Assembly: GCA_963798845.1 (NCBI GenBank)
Contig: CAWCUS010000006.1
Coordinates: forward strand, 768,001 to 832,000
DNA from: an uncultured Gemmatimonadales bacterium
Lineage (GTDB): Bacteria > Gemmatimonadota > Gemmatimonadetes > Longimicrobiales > RSA9
Direction of reading: 5' to 3'
DNA length: 64,000 nucleotides
Shown piece by piece: positions 30,404-42,479 of this stretch (its first letter is position 1; every line of letters starts with the position of its first letter). The notes beneath the pieces were generated by a model that saw only the letters and a program-made list of their open reading frames with translations, was not told the DNA's origin and ran no database searches. The position numbers and the translations under genes are program-made.

Positions 30404-31018
30404 ATGACCCCACGCATTCGCAGGGGACGGGTTCCACCGGAGATGGAGGATCGACTCCACGTCGCGGCGATCGTGGCAGCGCAACGGGCGATGGACGAGC
30501 ACGTGCGCTCCGCGGTCGAGCTGGTGGAGGAGGGCGCGGACCGGGCTCCCATCGAGCGGCTCCTCGCGGCGTACGGCCGGCTCCACCACATGGATGGCAA
30601 GGAGTCGCGCCAGTTGCGCGAGCGTGCCTTGGCCACGCTCGGCCGGAGCGCGACGGAGCTGGGCTCGCTGTCCGGTCCGCGCTCACTCTTCGCCCGCGCC
30701 CGCCGCCGTCTCAGGGGGCGGACGAACCCCGAGCTCCGCTCGTGGGTGGAGCGGCATACGGCCAGGGCGGAGCTGGCGGTGCTGGACATCCACGTCGAAA
30801 AGGCACTCGAGATGGTCCGGCTCGCCGAAGAGCATGTTGCGCCGAAGGACGCCGTGGCGCTCTACGCCGAGATGCTCGCGCTCAGGCCCGCAGTCGCCGA
30901 GATGGTCGAGCTGCGGGTGCTGAAAGCGCTTTACGAGAGGGAGAGCGGCCACGTGGAGCCGCTTCGAGCCGACGGAGCCACGCCGATCGGGCTGCGGATG
31001 GCGGACAACCAGCGCTGA
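30404..31018 (+). CDS. Hypothetical helical protein with an internal duplication
   Basis: Strong GGAGGTG SD; two ~50-aa copies of HV..A.E.V...Y...R.L..L. Confidence 0.7.
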   Translation: MTPRIRRGRVPPEMEDRLHVAAIVAAQRAMDEHVRSAVELVEEGADRAPIERLLAAYGRLHHMDGKESRQLRERALATLGRSATELGSLSGPRSLFARARRRLRGRTNPELRSWVERHTARAELAVLDIHVEKALEMVRLAEEHVAPKDAVALYAEMLALRPAVAEMVELRVLKALYERESGHVEPLRADGATPIGLRMADNQR

Positions 31019-31121
31019 CAGGCCGGCACGGCGCCGACCCGCAGGCCCACCCGAAGGCCGGCCCGCCGGCCGACCGCTCCGCGGCGTGGCCGCCCACCTT
31101 CCGGAGACGCCCTCCACCCCT

Positions 31122-34100
31122 TCACGGACTGAAGCGCGGCTCCGTCCAGACCGCCAGGTCCCGAACGTAGACGTCGGTTCCGACGGTGCGTGCGGCCAGG
31201 CGCACCGTCCAGGGACGCGCCGGATCGACCGCCACGTGGACGGGGGCCGTCAGGACCTCGTGATGGTCCACCCACAGCGACGCCTGCCCGTCCGGCTGAA
31301 GCTCGAGGGCCACGTGGAACCAATGCTGCCCCGGCGGCTCGTCGAAGAACGCATCGAGCTCCGGGTTCTCCGGAACGGCGAACGTGACGCTGGTGGCATC
31401 GAACCGGGACGCCACGCGCGAGGGATAGCGGAAACAGACCGCCTGGTCCTCGTCGCTCCACATGCCGGTGGTGCGGTCCACCTCGTCCGGCGGCGCAGCG
31501 ACGAGGCACACGTCGATGTCCTGATAGTCCCGGGCGGTGAGGGGGATGCGCACTTCCAGCTCCAGCGTCAGGCCGTGGTCCGCCGGCACGGCGTGCCGGA
31601 GCACCAGGCCGTCCTGGTATTTCTCATCGCCCAGAAGGTGAAGCACGCGCTGTCCGTCCACGCTGTCGATCTCGGGTCGGGGCCAGCCCACCGGGATCCA
31701 GCGGCTCGTGTCGATGCGTGTGAACGCTTCCGCGACCCTCGCGGCCCGGGGCCGATCCCCGCTCACGCGGATCGCGCGCCTGGCCGAGAGCGACCAGCCC
31801 CAGCGCGCCTCGAGCACGGTGGCCCCCGGGGCGTTCGCCGTGATGCGATCCCCTTCGAGCACGGACGCGACGCTCGCGTCGTCCGTGCTCCACTGCACGG
31901 ACTCCGCCGGGCGACGGCTGCCGTCCGAATAGACGACCGCCGCGGAGAGGCGACGTCGCTCGCCCCACGCCAGCTTCAGCGGCTCGCCGCCCGGATCCAG
32001 CGACACCGGGATCGCCGTGAGCCGGTCCGGAAGCCACCAGAATGCGTTGCCCGGCGTGGGCGGGGGCGGGCACGACCCGGGTTTCTCCGGTGGTCAGATC
32101 GCGCAACACGAGGACGCGGCGGCCGTCGCGGACACCGCTGTGGATCAGCACCGAGCCGTCGGGCGAGCAGGCGAGAGGCGCGAAACCGATGCCGTCGAAG
32201 ATGCGCGGCTCGGCCTCACCGGGCCGGTAGAAAGCGATCTGGTGGGCATTGCCCCGGGTGATATCGGCGGCAAGCCCGGCGCCACACCAGTCCACGGTCG
32301 AGATCCTCTGCCCGGTCCAGCTCGCGACCGTGTCGCCGCCGGGAGTGAGCACCCGGAGGGTGTCCGCCGGGCCCTGCGCGACGAAGGCGAGCAGCTGCCC
32401 GTCCGGCGACCATTCCGGTGCTGACACGAGCCCCCGGCCCGGATAGACCACGCGCGCCTGCCCCCCGGTGATTCGCCTGGTGACCTCGTCCTCGCGGTAG
32501 TGGTCGGCGGTCGTGTCCTCCCGGCTGTACGCCACCCATTGCGCGTCCGGTGACAGCGATCCGAGATACAGATCGCCCCGGCTGCGGATGTCCGCCAACG
32601 TGTCGCCAGAGGCGCGGAGAATCGCGATGTCGGGCCCGCGATCCTCATGCCGGACACGCGCGTACCAGAGGATGGAGCCGTCCGGTCCGCGGAGCGGCCT
32701 GTCGGCGCTGGCGGGCACGGAGTCGCCGAGCGCCCGCATCTTCCACCTTGCCGGGTCGCGCCCCTCCGCGTCCAGAGTCACCCACCCGTCCGGCGTGTGC
32801 ATGAACACCGTGCCGCCGCCGTACGCCGGCGCGCCGCTCGTGAACACGCCGAGGGCGTAGGCGCCCACTGCGAACACCGTGAGCAGGGCAAGCGCGCCGG
32901 CTCCCAGCACCACCTTCGGCCACGACGGGAGCGGGCGCTCGGCCGGCGGCTCCCGCGTCACGGAGAGCGCCGCCAGCCGGACCTGCGGGTGGACGAACCC
33001 GAGCGAGTCATCCCCTTCCCAGTGCACCACGCCCGCCTCCCCCAGCTCGGCGGCTGCGCGGTCGAAGGCGTGGGTGCTCAGGCCGGCCGCGCGGCGAAGC
33101 CGGGAGGAGGGCGTGGGGGGACCGGCCCGGGCGAGGGCCCCGGCCAGAGCGATCGCGTCCGGGCGGAGCGCGTCGAGGCGCCGCCTCAGCTCGGCCGCGA
33201 CGGGGCCGGGAAGTGCGGGTGGATCGGCGAGCTGGCCCGGGTCGATGGTCCCGTCCGAGCGAAGGAGGCCCCGGACCTCCAGGTCCTCAACCAGGTGCCG
33301 GAGGAAGAGCGGATTGCCCCGCACCACCGGGTCGATCCGCCGCGCCACGTCGTCGGATGGGCGCGAAAGGCCGGAAGCCTCGAGTAGCTCCCCCACTTCG
33401 TTCACGGTGAGCGGCCGGAGCGGCAGCGGCACGGCGCCGAGCTCACGGATCACCTGTTCTTCGGCCGCGCGGTCCGCGGCCGTCGCAGCGTCGGCGCGGT
33501 ACAGGTTCACGAGCATGATCGGCTCGGCGCGGAGTCGCCGCGCCACACGGACCAGGAGCGCGCGCGATGCGGCGTCGGCCCACTGCACGTCGTCGCACAC
33601 CACGAGAAGGGGCGATTCGAACGCCACGGCGCCCAGCAGGTCGGCGAAGGCGTCCGCGAGTGCCACGTGGGCGGGGAGCCCGGCAGCGTTTTCCGCGCCG
33701 TCTCCAGCGCCGCGACGGCTGGGCACCAGGGAGCGGAGAACACGGTCCGACCCGGGGCTGGTCCCCGCCGCTCCGGGCAGCGCCAGCAGCCCGGACACCA
33801 GCTCGGCCACCAGCCCCAGCTCTATCGTTCGGTCCGACGGCAGCGCCCTCGCCCGAACGACCACCCCGCCCGACGCTCGTACCAACGCCGCCAGCTCCTG
33901 CGACAGCCGGGTCTTGCCGATCCCCGCCGGTCCCTTGACCAGCGCCACCTCACGCTGCCCGGCCGCCGCCCGGTGCCAGACCCGCGTCAGGATCGAGAGC
34001 TCGCGGCGCCGGTCCGTGAACTCGAACAGGGTCGACCGCTCCTCGCCCGGACCCGGGGCCGCATGCCTCATCGCCTCGAGACGGTGACGGAGCCCGGACA

Positions 34101-34755
34101 GCGGCTCCTCGTCCGCTTCCGCGCCGGTCTGCTCCTCGGCGTCCCGCAGCCCCGCCGCCGCCTCCTCCAGCCGTCCCAGCCCCAGCAGCGCCGCGATCCG
34201 GGCCTCGTGCGTCTCCATTCGGTGCGGCGCCACCTCCACCGCCCTCTCCGCAAGCTCCCGCGAGCGCTCCGGCTCACCGGCTGCTGCCGCCGCTCTCGCG
34301 CCACGGACCAGCGCCTCCGACACCTCCCGGTCCAGGCCGCTGCGAAGCTCTTCCGCCCACCGCTCGAACCGCGACGAGTCCACTTCGAACGATTCGAGGA
34401 ATCGCCCGCCGCGCAGGGCCAGCGCCTCCTCCACCCGGCCCGCTGCCAAAGCCGCCCGGACTTCCGCGACGTCGGTGCTCAGGCGGGAACGGTCCAGATG
34501 CACCGGGTCGTCCCCCACCAGCAGCTCGGGGTCCAGGATACTGCGGAGCTGGGAGAGCGCCTGACGCACCGACTGGCGCGCCCGCGCCGAGTCGGCATGA
34601 GCCCAGAGCAGCCGCGCCAGCTCGGCCCGGGTCACACCTTCCGGCGTGAACGCAAGGCGGACGAGCACGGCGAACGGCTTGCCGAGCGGGATGTCCACCC
34701 GCGCGCCGTCCATCTCCAGACCGGGCTCGCCCAAGGTAATGAGGCGGTATGGCAA
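31122..34755 (-). CDS. BTAD + AAA/STAND-like ATPase + TM + TolB-like propeller + Ig-like + ConA-like protein (~1200 aa), one frameshift near 32050
   Basis: RAELARLLW...RQSVRQALSQLR; Walker A GPAGIGKT; Walker B VVCDDVQWAD; TM VVLGAGALALLTVFAVGAYALGVF; WSPDGQLLAF repeats; VQWSTDDASVASV; WFHVALELQPDGQASLWVD. Confidence 0.8.
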
Positions 34756-34886
34756 GGCCTGCCGCTTTCCGTGGGTTCGACGAGATTCGTAATAGGCACT
34801 GCCATTGCGACGTGCAAGCTGCCGGACCGAGGATCCAGTCCCGGCCCGGCACCCCTACGGGCGGGCAGGGACGGCGGCGAGAGTCG

Positions 34887-35966
34887 CTAGCGGGACCCGT
34901 GTGTCGCCCGAAAGGCGCGGCATTCGATGGCCTCGAGGGTGTGCGCCTCGTCGGTCTGGATGACGAAGTCGCCCCACTGGCCGCCGGGCGCCGGCTCGAA
35001 CGCGTCGACATTTTCGACCGGCCGGAGCGAGACGACCATGGCGCGGACGCCGGGCCGGTAGGCCTCGAGCTGCTCCGGGATACCGGTGCCTCGCTCGACA
35101 TGGAAGCCACCGACCATATGGAGGACGAGGGCGTGCGGGTGCGCGTCCAGGTAGCGGGAGATCCACCAGCCCATCGTGGCGTCCCACAGCACCTGGCTGT
35201 CCAGCTGGTTGCCCATCTGGTGATGGGAGCCCATCGGTGCCGACGGGTGCTCGACAGGGACGCCGCACTTCGTCCCCTCCTGGGCCATGACGTCGGAGAT
35301 GGTCTGGATCCACTGCTGCTTGTACGCCTCGGACGCCTCCCCGTACGGCAGCGGCGGGAGATTGGCGCGAGCGTAGGCGGGCAGGTCTGCGAGAGACTCC
35401 CGCCCGTGGAGACTCACGCGCGTTACGTAGCGCCGGGGTGCGTTGGCCGCGACGACGTCGATGCCGTGCTCCCTGGCCAGCTCGATGAGCGGGCGATAGT
35501 CGCTCGCGTAGCGCGGCCACGGCCGGCTCGCCTCCTCGAACGCCGTTTCGGTGATCAGCCCGGCCAGGTACTCGTCCACCACAGGCTGAACGTCGTGCTC
35601 GAAGAATTCGAGGGAGAGCGCCACGGTGCGGCCGGGTTGGCCTTCCGCCGCGCGGGGGGGGCCTGAGGCGGAGTCGGTGGGAGATGTCGCGCCGAATCGC
35701 TTCCACGCGTCTTCCAGCAGCCTGGCTTCCACCATGTGGCCGGTAGGATCGTCGTGCGTCTCGCCAATGAAGACGACGTCGTTCGCCCCCATTGCGGCCA
35801 CGACGTCGTCCAGTGACGCCGGCTCGCCGCTTCCGGTGAATACGCGGTAGTCACCGGGCACGTAGGCGGTGTCCAGGGCCTCGTGGGCCGGCTCCTGCGC
35901 GGAGCCGACGGTGGCGATGCCGGCGAGGCCGACCATGGAGAGGATGCCGGAGAGGTGTCTGATCAT
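34887..35966 (-). CDS. ChaN-family (haem/cofactor-binding) exported protein
   Basis: VVFIGETHDDP, LSLEFFE.DVQ, DYRPLIELA, AANAPRRY, QVLWDATM, GGFHVE. Confidence 0.85.
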   Translation of the reverse strand: MIRHLSGILSMVGLAGIATVGSAQEPAHEALDTAYVPGDYRVFTGSGEPASLDDVVAAMGANDVVFIGETHDDPTGHMVEARLLEDAWKRFGATSPTDSASGPPRAAEGQPGRTVALSLEFFEHDVQPVVDEYLAGLITETAFEEASRPWPRYASDYRPLIELAREHGIDVVAANAPRRYVTRVSLHGRESLADLPAYARANLPPLPYGEASEAYKQQWIQTISDVMAQEGTKCGVPVEHPSAPMGSHHQMGNQLDSQVLWDATMGWWISRYLDAHPHALVLHMVGGFHVERGTGIPEQLEAYRPGVRAMVVSLRPVENVDAFEPAPGGQWGDFVIQTDEAHTLEAIECRAFRATHGSR

Positions 35967-36075
35967 GAGCCCAGGGAAGGTGCGGTCGGTCGCTGCGAAG
36001 CCTGTGCGACCATTCTACCCCCTCGCGGCCCCACCTGACAGGTCCGGCCGCTGCTGCGGCGGGCGCGGCCCGGCG

Positions 36076-37569
36076 CTACGCGGCAGCCCCGACGCGCGCA
36101 CGGGCACGTGAGGCCGGCGCGCCCGTGGGGGGGCGCACGGGGATCTCCACGCGGAAAACGACGCCGCTGTCGCCACGGGGGACCGCAGCGACGCGGCCGC
36201 CGTGAGCCTCCGCCGCGGCGCGGGCGATGGGTAGACCGGCCCCGGACCCGGCGCGGCCGGAAGGGGCACGCCCCTGGAAGTACCGGTCGAAGACGTGTGC
36301 CGCCTCCTCGGTCGTCACGGCAAGGCCGTCGTCCTCGACTTCCACGACCAGCCAGCCCGGCTCGCCGAGGAACCGGACCTCGACCCGGCCGCCGGGCGCA
36401 GTGAACTTGAACGCGTTCTCCAGCAGGTTGCCCAGGATGTCGCCGCGGAGGGAGTCCGGGTCCGCGACGATGAGGGGGGGTGTGGACGCGTCGCTGTGGA
36501 CGTGCAGGCGAACCTGCCTCCCCCGGGCGACGGGGGCGAAGGCCCGCTCGACGCCACGTGCGAAATGCCGGATCTTGATCTCCTCGAGTCCCGGGCGGAT
36601 GCCGCGCGCTTCCATGCGGCTGATCTCCATGAGGTGGTCGGCCCTGGCGCTCAGCGCCCTGGCCTGGCCCACGAGGTTCAGCAGCAGCTCCCGCTGACGG
36701 GGCTCCAGCTTGCCCGCCATCTCTTCGTCCAGGAGCTCGGCGTACCCGGCGATGATGCTGACCGGCGTCTTCAGGTCGTGGGTCGCGATTCCGACCAGCT
36801 CGGCTTTCGTCCGGTCCAGCTCGGACAGCTGCGTCGCCATCGTTCGGAACGAGCGGAACAGGTCGCCCACTTCGTCGGAGCGGCCGTACCCGGCGTCGGT
36901 CTGGGCTTCGAAGCGTCCGTTCGCCACGTCCATCATTGCCCGACGCAGACGCTCGAGCGGACCGCTGTGGACTCGCGCCGCGAGCCAGGCCAGCACCACG
37001 GCGAGCAGCATGGCGACCAGGATCGCGGTCCCCGCCGTGGCCGACGCCGTGGAGGCGAGATCGTCCGCCTCATCGGCGGCGCCCGTCGTGCTTTCATCGA
37101 TGGCCTGAGACAGCCTCGCCACGGCGGCGTCGCTCGAGTGCAGGAGCGGCACGGCGGCGGCATTCAGGAAGGCGGTGGCGCTCTCGAGGGAGTCGGCCTC
37201 GACGAGGGAGCGAAGGGAGTCGGTGGTTTGCCGGAGTGCCACCAGCGGCAGCGCGCTGGCCACCACGCGGTCGCCATAGCCGAGGGTGCGGAGCACGCGG
37301 GTCTGCTCCTCGATCCGGGCGAGGGCCCGCTCCACCTGCGGTTCCAGCTGCGGATCCACGGTGGCCACGTACGCCCGCTCCAGTCGATCCAGGTCCGAGA
37401 CGCCCCGGCGCAGGAGTCCGACGGCGTTCGCCGCCTGCGCGGCACCGGTGCGGATCTCGTGCACGAGGCCACGCACCGTGTGGACACGCGCGGCGGCGTA
37501 CACGGCCGGGACGGTCATCACGCCGATGACGGCGAGCAGGCTCAGCAGGAGACGGCTGCGCAGCCTCAT
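36076..37569 (-). CDS. HAMP-domain membrane sensor histidine kinase
   Basis: Two TMs, DEVGDLFRSF, ATHDLKTP, NLLENAFKFT, GAGLPIARAAAEAHGG; ATGA overlap with the upstream gene. Confidence 0.9.
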   Translation of the reverse strand: MRLRSRLLLSLLAVIGVMTVPAVYAAARVHTVRGLVHEIRTGAAQAANAVGLLRRGVSDLDRLERAYVATVDPQLEPQVERALARIEEQTRVLRTLGYGDRVVASALPLVALRQTTDSLRSLVEADSLESATAFLNAAAVPLLHSSDAAVARLSQAIDESTTGAADEADDLASTASATAGTAILVAMLLAVVLAWLAARVHSGPLERLRRAMMDVANGRFEAQTDAGYGRSDEVGDLFRSFRTMATQLSELDRTKAELVGIATHDLKTPVSIIAGYAELLDEEMAGKLEPRQRELLLNLVGQARALSARADHLMEISRMEARGIRPGLEEIKIRHFARGVERAFAPVARGRQVRLHVHSDASTPPLIVADPDSLRGDILGNLLENAFKFTAPGGRVEVRFLGEPGWLVVEVEDDGLAVTTEEAAHVFDRYFQGRAPSGRAGSGAGLPIARAAAEAHGGRVAAVPRGDSGVVFRVEIPVRPPTGAPASRARARVGAAA

Positions 37570-38814
37570 CGCAACGCTCCCACTGCCGTGGCCGTCGCCG
37601 CATCGGCGCCGCTCATCTGCAGCCGCAGCCGACGGATGCGCGCCTCGATGCTGCGCCGCTCGTCGAGCAGTGCCTCGAGCTCTCGCTCCACGGAACCTGC
37701 GCCCGGACGGGCCGGCCCCGGGTCCTTTTGCCGCCTGGGCGACGCCGCCCATGGCGCCGCTTCCGGCGCGATCCGCATCATGGCCGCGACCACGCTCGGA
37801 TCGAAGTGTCGTCCGGCGTTGCCCCGGATCTCCGTCAGCGTCTCCCGGATGGTCCACGCCCGCTTGTAGGGACGTTCGTGCGTGAGCGAGTCGAACACGT
37901 CGGCCACCGCCACCACCCGGCTCGAGCGCGGGATCTCCTCACCCCTGAGTCCGTTCGGGTAGCCCGCCCCATCCCACCGCTCGTGGTGGCACAGCGCGAT
38001 CTCCTCCGCCAGCCTGAGCAGCGGGTACTCGCTCCCGGACAGGATCTGGGCACCCATCGTCGTGTGGGTGCGCATGAGCGCCTGCTCCTCGGCCGTGAGA
38101 CGCCCTTCTTTCAGCAGGATCGAGTCCGGAATCCCTATCTTTCCGAATGTCGTGAAGCGGCGCCGCTTTTCGCAGGAGCGCCACCCGCTCCTCGGGGAAC
38201 CCCAGCACCTGCGCCAGGCGCGCCGACAGGCGCCCGACACGCTGGGTGTGCTGTCCGGTGTCGTCGTCCCGGAACTCCGCCGCCTGCGCCAGCCGGTCCA
38301 GCACCTCCTGGCGCGCTTCCTCCAGCTCGCTCGTCCGCTCCTGCACGCGCTCCTCGAGCTGGGTGTTCTGTTCCCGCAGCTGCGCATGGAGGAAGCGCGT
38401 GCGGACCAGATTGCGGACGCGCAGCCGGATCTCGGCGGGGCTCAGCGGCTTCGTCAGGAAGTCCGAGGCGCCGAGGGCCAGCGCCCGCCGCCGCGAATCC
38501 GCCGCGGGATCGCCGGTGGCCACGAGAACCGGGATGTAATCCCCCTCCGGGAGCCAGTTCCTGAAGTATTCCAGGAACTGGAACCCGTCGAACCCGGGCA
38601 TCATCAGGTCGAGGAGCACCAGGTCCGGCCGGATCTCGTCGAGCAGCGCGGCCGCTTTGCCGGCGTCGGTGTGTTGGACCAGGGACCCGTACCGTTCCGG
38701 CTTCAGCACGTCGTGCAGGAACCGGAGATTCGATGGCTCGTCGTCCACCAGCAGGATGCGGGCGTTGCTGGTGCCAGTATCACGAAAGCTTGCATCAGGA
38801 TGGCGCAGCATCAC
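37566..38814 (-). CDS. REC + HD-GYP cyclic-dinucleotide phosphodiesterase (RpfG-like), frameshift near 38147
   Basis: [55 protein letters not shown]...RPYK. Confidence 0.9.
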
Positions 38815-38997
38815 TTCTCGTAGAATGGTTCAGGGATGAGACAAATAGTGGTCACGTCTCGCCCAGCCCACAAGCCCGTGCCGCGCACGAGCCGGGCTTT
38901 CGCCGCCGCCACAACGCTCCTATGGTGAGTCTCTCGCTCCGGCGCTGCTCCTACCCGGGAGCCCCAGCGTCCGATCCGTCCTCCAACCCCCCCGCCC

Positions 38998-40146
<1,149 letters not shown>

Positions 40147-40206
40147 GGCGACGCGACCCGCCCGGGCTCGCGTCCCGATCCTCGATCACCATGCGAGTGG
40201 GCGGAG

Positions 40207-40527
40207 CTACTGGTCCAGGACTGCGTCCTCCGCACCCTCGCCGAGCTCGACAATGTCGCCTTCGTGGAACAGGATCTTCCGGCCGACCTCCCTCCACTCC
40301 TCCTTGTGCCGGAGCAGCCACTCCAGGTCCATGGAGAAGTGCTTGAACTCCTCCTTCTGGGCGTTGCGCATGATGGCGCTGGCTTCCTCGTCCTGCTCCA
40401 CCGCCAGCCGCTGCTCGTACCAGTCGATCGCCTCCGCCTCCTCAATGAGCGAGGTGATCATGCGGGCGAATGTACGGGTCTCCTGCGAAAGCTCGTTCGC
40501 AGGCTCGTGATACTGATCGAATCCCAT
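40207..40527 (-). CDS. Encapsulated-ferritin-like (EncFtn/Flp) protein, 106 aa
   Basis: YHEP, SLIEEAEAIDWYEQR, EEFKH..M.LEWL.R, LF.EGDI match the EncFtn family pattern. Confidence 0.85.
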   Translation of the reverse strand: MGFDQYHEPANELSQETRTFARMITSLIEEAEAIDWYEQRLAVEQDEEASAIMRNAQKEEFKHFSMDLEWLLRHKEEWREVGRKILFHEGDIVELGEGAEDAVLDQ

Positions 40528-40627
40528 GGACGTCGTGGTTCGGTGGCCGTTTCCCGGACGCGGTACACGAGGGGCAAGGCGCGTACCGCGGGCCGCACGG
40601 CCGACGCGAGCAGGCGAGGCAGCCGCC

Positions 40628-42334
40628 CTACGAAGTCGGGGCGAGGATCGCGGCCGGGTACACGGCCCCGCTCCCGGCGGCGAGATGGCCGAGCCCGATC
40701 TTCTCCAGCAGCGCCGCATACCGGGGGTCGGCGCGGAGGGTGGCCGAAGGCACGAGCGAGAGGTAGAGGAGGCCGGGTTCGTGCTCGCGCAGCGCCTGCT
40801 CCAGGAGCGCGAAGCCCTCGTTGCCACGGCCGAGCACGATCATCAGCACCCCGGTCCAGACGCCGGCGGCGGTGCCGCCTGCGCTGCGAGACTCCATGTC
40901 CCGGAGGCAGTCGAGGGCCTCGCGGCTGTGGCCACCGGCCGCCAGGATCGCTCCGGACTGCGCGAGAGCGCGGTCTGGAACCCGCCCGTGGCTCATGCCG
41001 CGCCGCGTCCACTCCACCGCTTCCTCCGTCCGGCCTATTCGGGCGAGGATGTCCGCCATTCCGAGCGCGGCGCTCCCCGGTGCGCTGCCACTTTCCAGCA
41101 GCCGGTGAAACACCGCCTCCGCCTCCTGGAACCGGCCGGCAAACGCGTGCAGATAGCCGAGGCGGAGGCGGGGGCGGGATTCGACGGGGCTCAGCTCGCA
41201 GGCGCGCGATGCCATGCGCAGCGCGGCGTCCGCATCGGGCCGGACGCAGGTGTAGTACCTCTCGAGCGTGAGGTGCGCCTCCACCGAGCTGGGGCACAGC
41301 TCCAGCGCGCGCTCCGCCTCCGCCCTGGCCCGTTCGAAGTCCCACTCGTGGTGGAGGAGCAGGGACGCCCGTGCGGCGTGGGCCTCGGGGAGATCGGGCG
41401 CGAGATCCAACGCCTCGTCGAGGGCCGCGCGGGCTCGCCGCGCGAGGAGCTCCGGAGATCCCGCCCCCCCGGCGCCGGCGAGCAGGAGGAGGGCTTCGGC
41501 GAGACCGGCGTGGGCAAGGGCGAAGGTGGGGTCGTGGCTGACCGCCGCTTCGTACAGCTTCGTCGCCCGGGACAGCGATTCCGCGTCCAGCTCCATGTGC
41601 GCGCTGCGGGCCCGGAGAAAGGCGTCGTACGCCTCCGGAACCCGCGTCCGTACCGAGCCCCGCTCCTCGGTCGTCTCGGGCCGACGCCGAAGCAGGGTAG
41701 TCGTCACCGCCTCCACGAGCCCGTCCAGCACGTCGAAGAGATCCCCCGTGAGCCGGTCGTAACGCTCCGACCAGAGAGCGCCGCCGTGGCTCGCATCGAC
41801 CAGCTGCGCCGTGACGCTCACCAGCCCGCCTGTCCGGCGCACGCTCCCCCGCAGGACGTGCGACACCCCCAATGCCCCACCGATCTCCCGCACGTCGACG
41901 CTCGGGTCGCCATACTCGAAGGACGACGTCCTCGCCACGACGCGGAGGCTGCGCACCTGCGCCAGCGTGTTGGTCAGCTCCTCCACCATTCCGTCAACCG
42001 AATGCTGGCTCCCGATTTCCGTGCTCAGGTTGGAAAATGGCAGGACGGCGACGGATGGCCCCGGTCGGCCGTACCACGGGGCTTTGCCGCCGCGCCCGCG
42101 CGACCGGGAGGGCGCGGACCGCTCGGAGATCCACGCCAGTACGAGCGCCATCGGGAAAACGAGGATCGTCGCGATCAGGACCACGCGCACTGCCGGCGAC
42201 CGCAGCCCGAGGGAAGGAAAGGCGAGATCCGCGATCAGCCACACTGCGAAAGCGGCCACGGCGTAAGTGATTGCCGCGCGGTAGACCCTCCGTCGCTGCA
42301 GCTCGGCGGCGAAACGACGAATGGAGCGTTTCAT
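40628..42334 (-). CDS. Membrane-anchored TolB-N-like (SVAVLPF) + TPR protein
   Basis: ELQRRRVYRAAITYAV, two TMs, SVAVLPFSNLS, LRVVARTSSF, LWSERYDR, TPRs, LRADPRY. Confidence 0.85.
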   Translation of the reverse strand: MKRSIRRFAAELQRRRVYRAAITYAVAAFAVWLIADLAFPSLGLRSPAVRVVLIATILVFPMALVLAWISERSAPSRSRGRGGKAPWYGRPGPSVAVLPFSNLSTEIGSQHSVDGMVEELTNTLAQVRSLRVVARTSSFEYGDPSVDVREIGGALGVSHVLRGSVRRTGGLVSVTAQLVDASHGGALWSERYDRLTGDLFDVLDGLVEAVTTTLLRRRPETTEERGSVRTRVPEAYDAFLRARSAHMELDAESLSRATKLYEAAVSHDPTFALAHAGLAEALLLLAGAGGAGSPELLARRARAALDEALDLAPDLPEAHAARASLLLHHEWDFERARAEAERALELCPSSVEAHLTLERYYTCVRPDADAALRMASRACELSPVESRPRLRLGYLHAFAGRFQEAEAVFHRLLESGSAPGSAALGMADILARIGRTEEAVEWTRRGMSHGRVPDRALAQSGAILAAGGHSREALDCLRDMESRSAGGTAAGVWTGVLMIVLGRGNEGFALLEQALREHEPGLLYLSLVPSATLRADPRYAALLEKIGLGHLAAGSGAVYPAAILAPTS

Positions 42335-42412
42335 GGCGGGCACCTTTCTGGCCAGCGAACGCCTCAAGATGGGCCGCGCCCGCCACCATCCGCAATGCAA
42401 TCGCCCCTCGCC

Positions 42413-42440
42413 TGAACCATGTCGGAGGGACGTTCGTATA
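42413..42440 (+). promoter_or_regulatory. ECF-sigma-type promoter TGAACC-N16-CGTATA
   Basis: Matches the AAC/CGT ECF pattern (cf. SigW TGAAAC-N16-CGTA); ends 39 nt before ATG 42480. Confidence 0.55.
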
Positions 42441-42479
42441 TTGGGCCATCCACAGCGGCGCTGACAACCGGACAGAACC

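Noticed and set aside
34794..34808. Sigma54-like AGGCACTGCCATTGC
   Set aside because: Correct spacing but it points antisense into the ChaN gene, with no downstream plus-strand gene.
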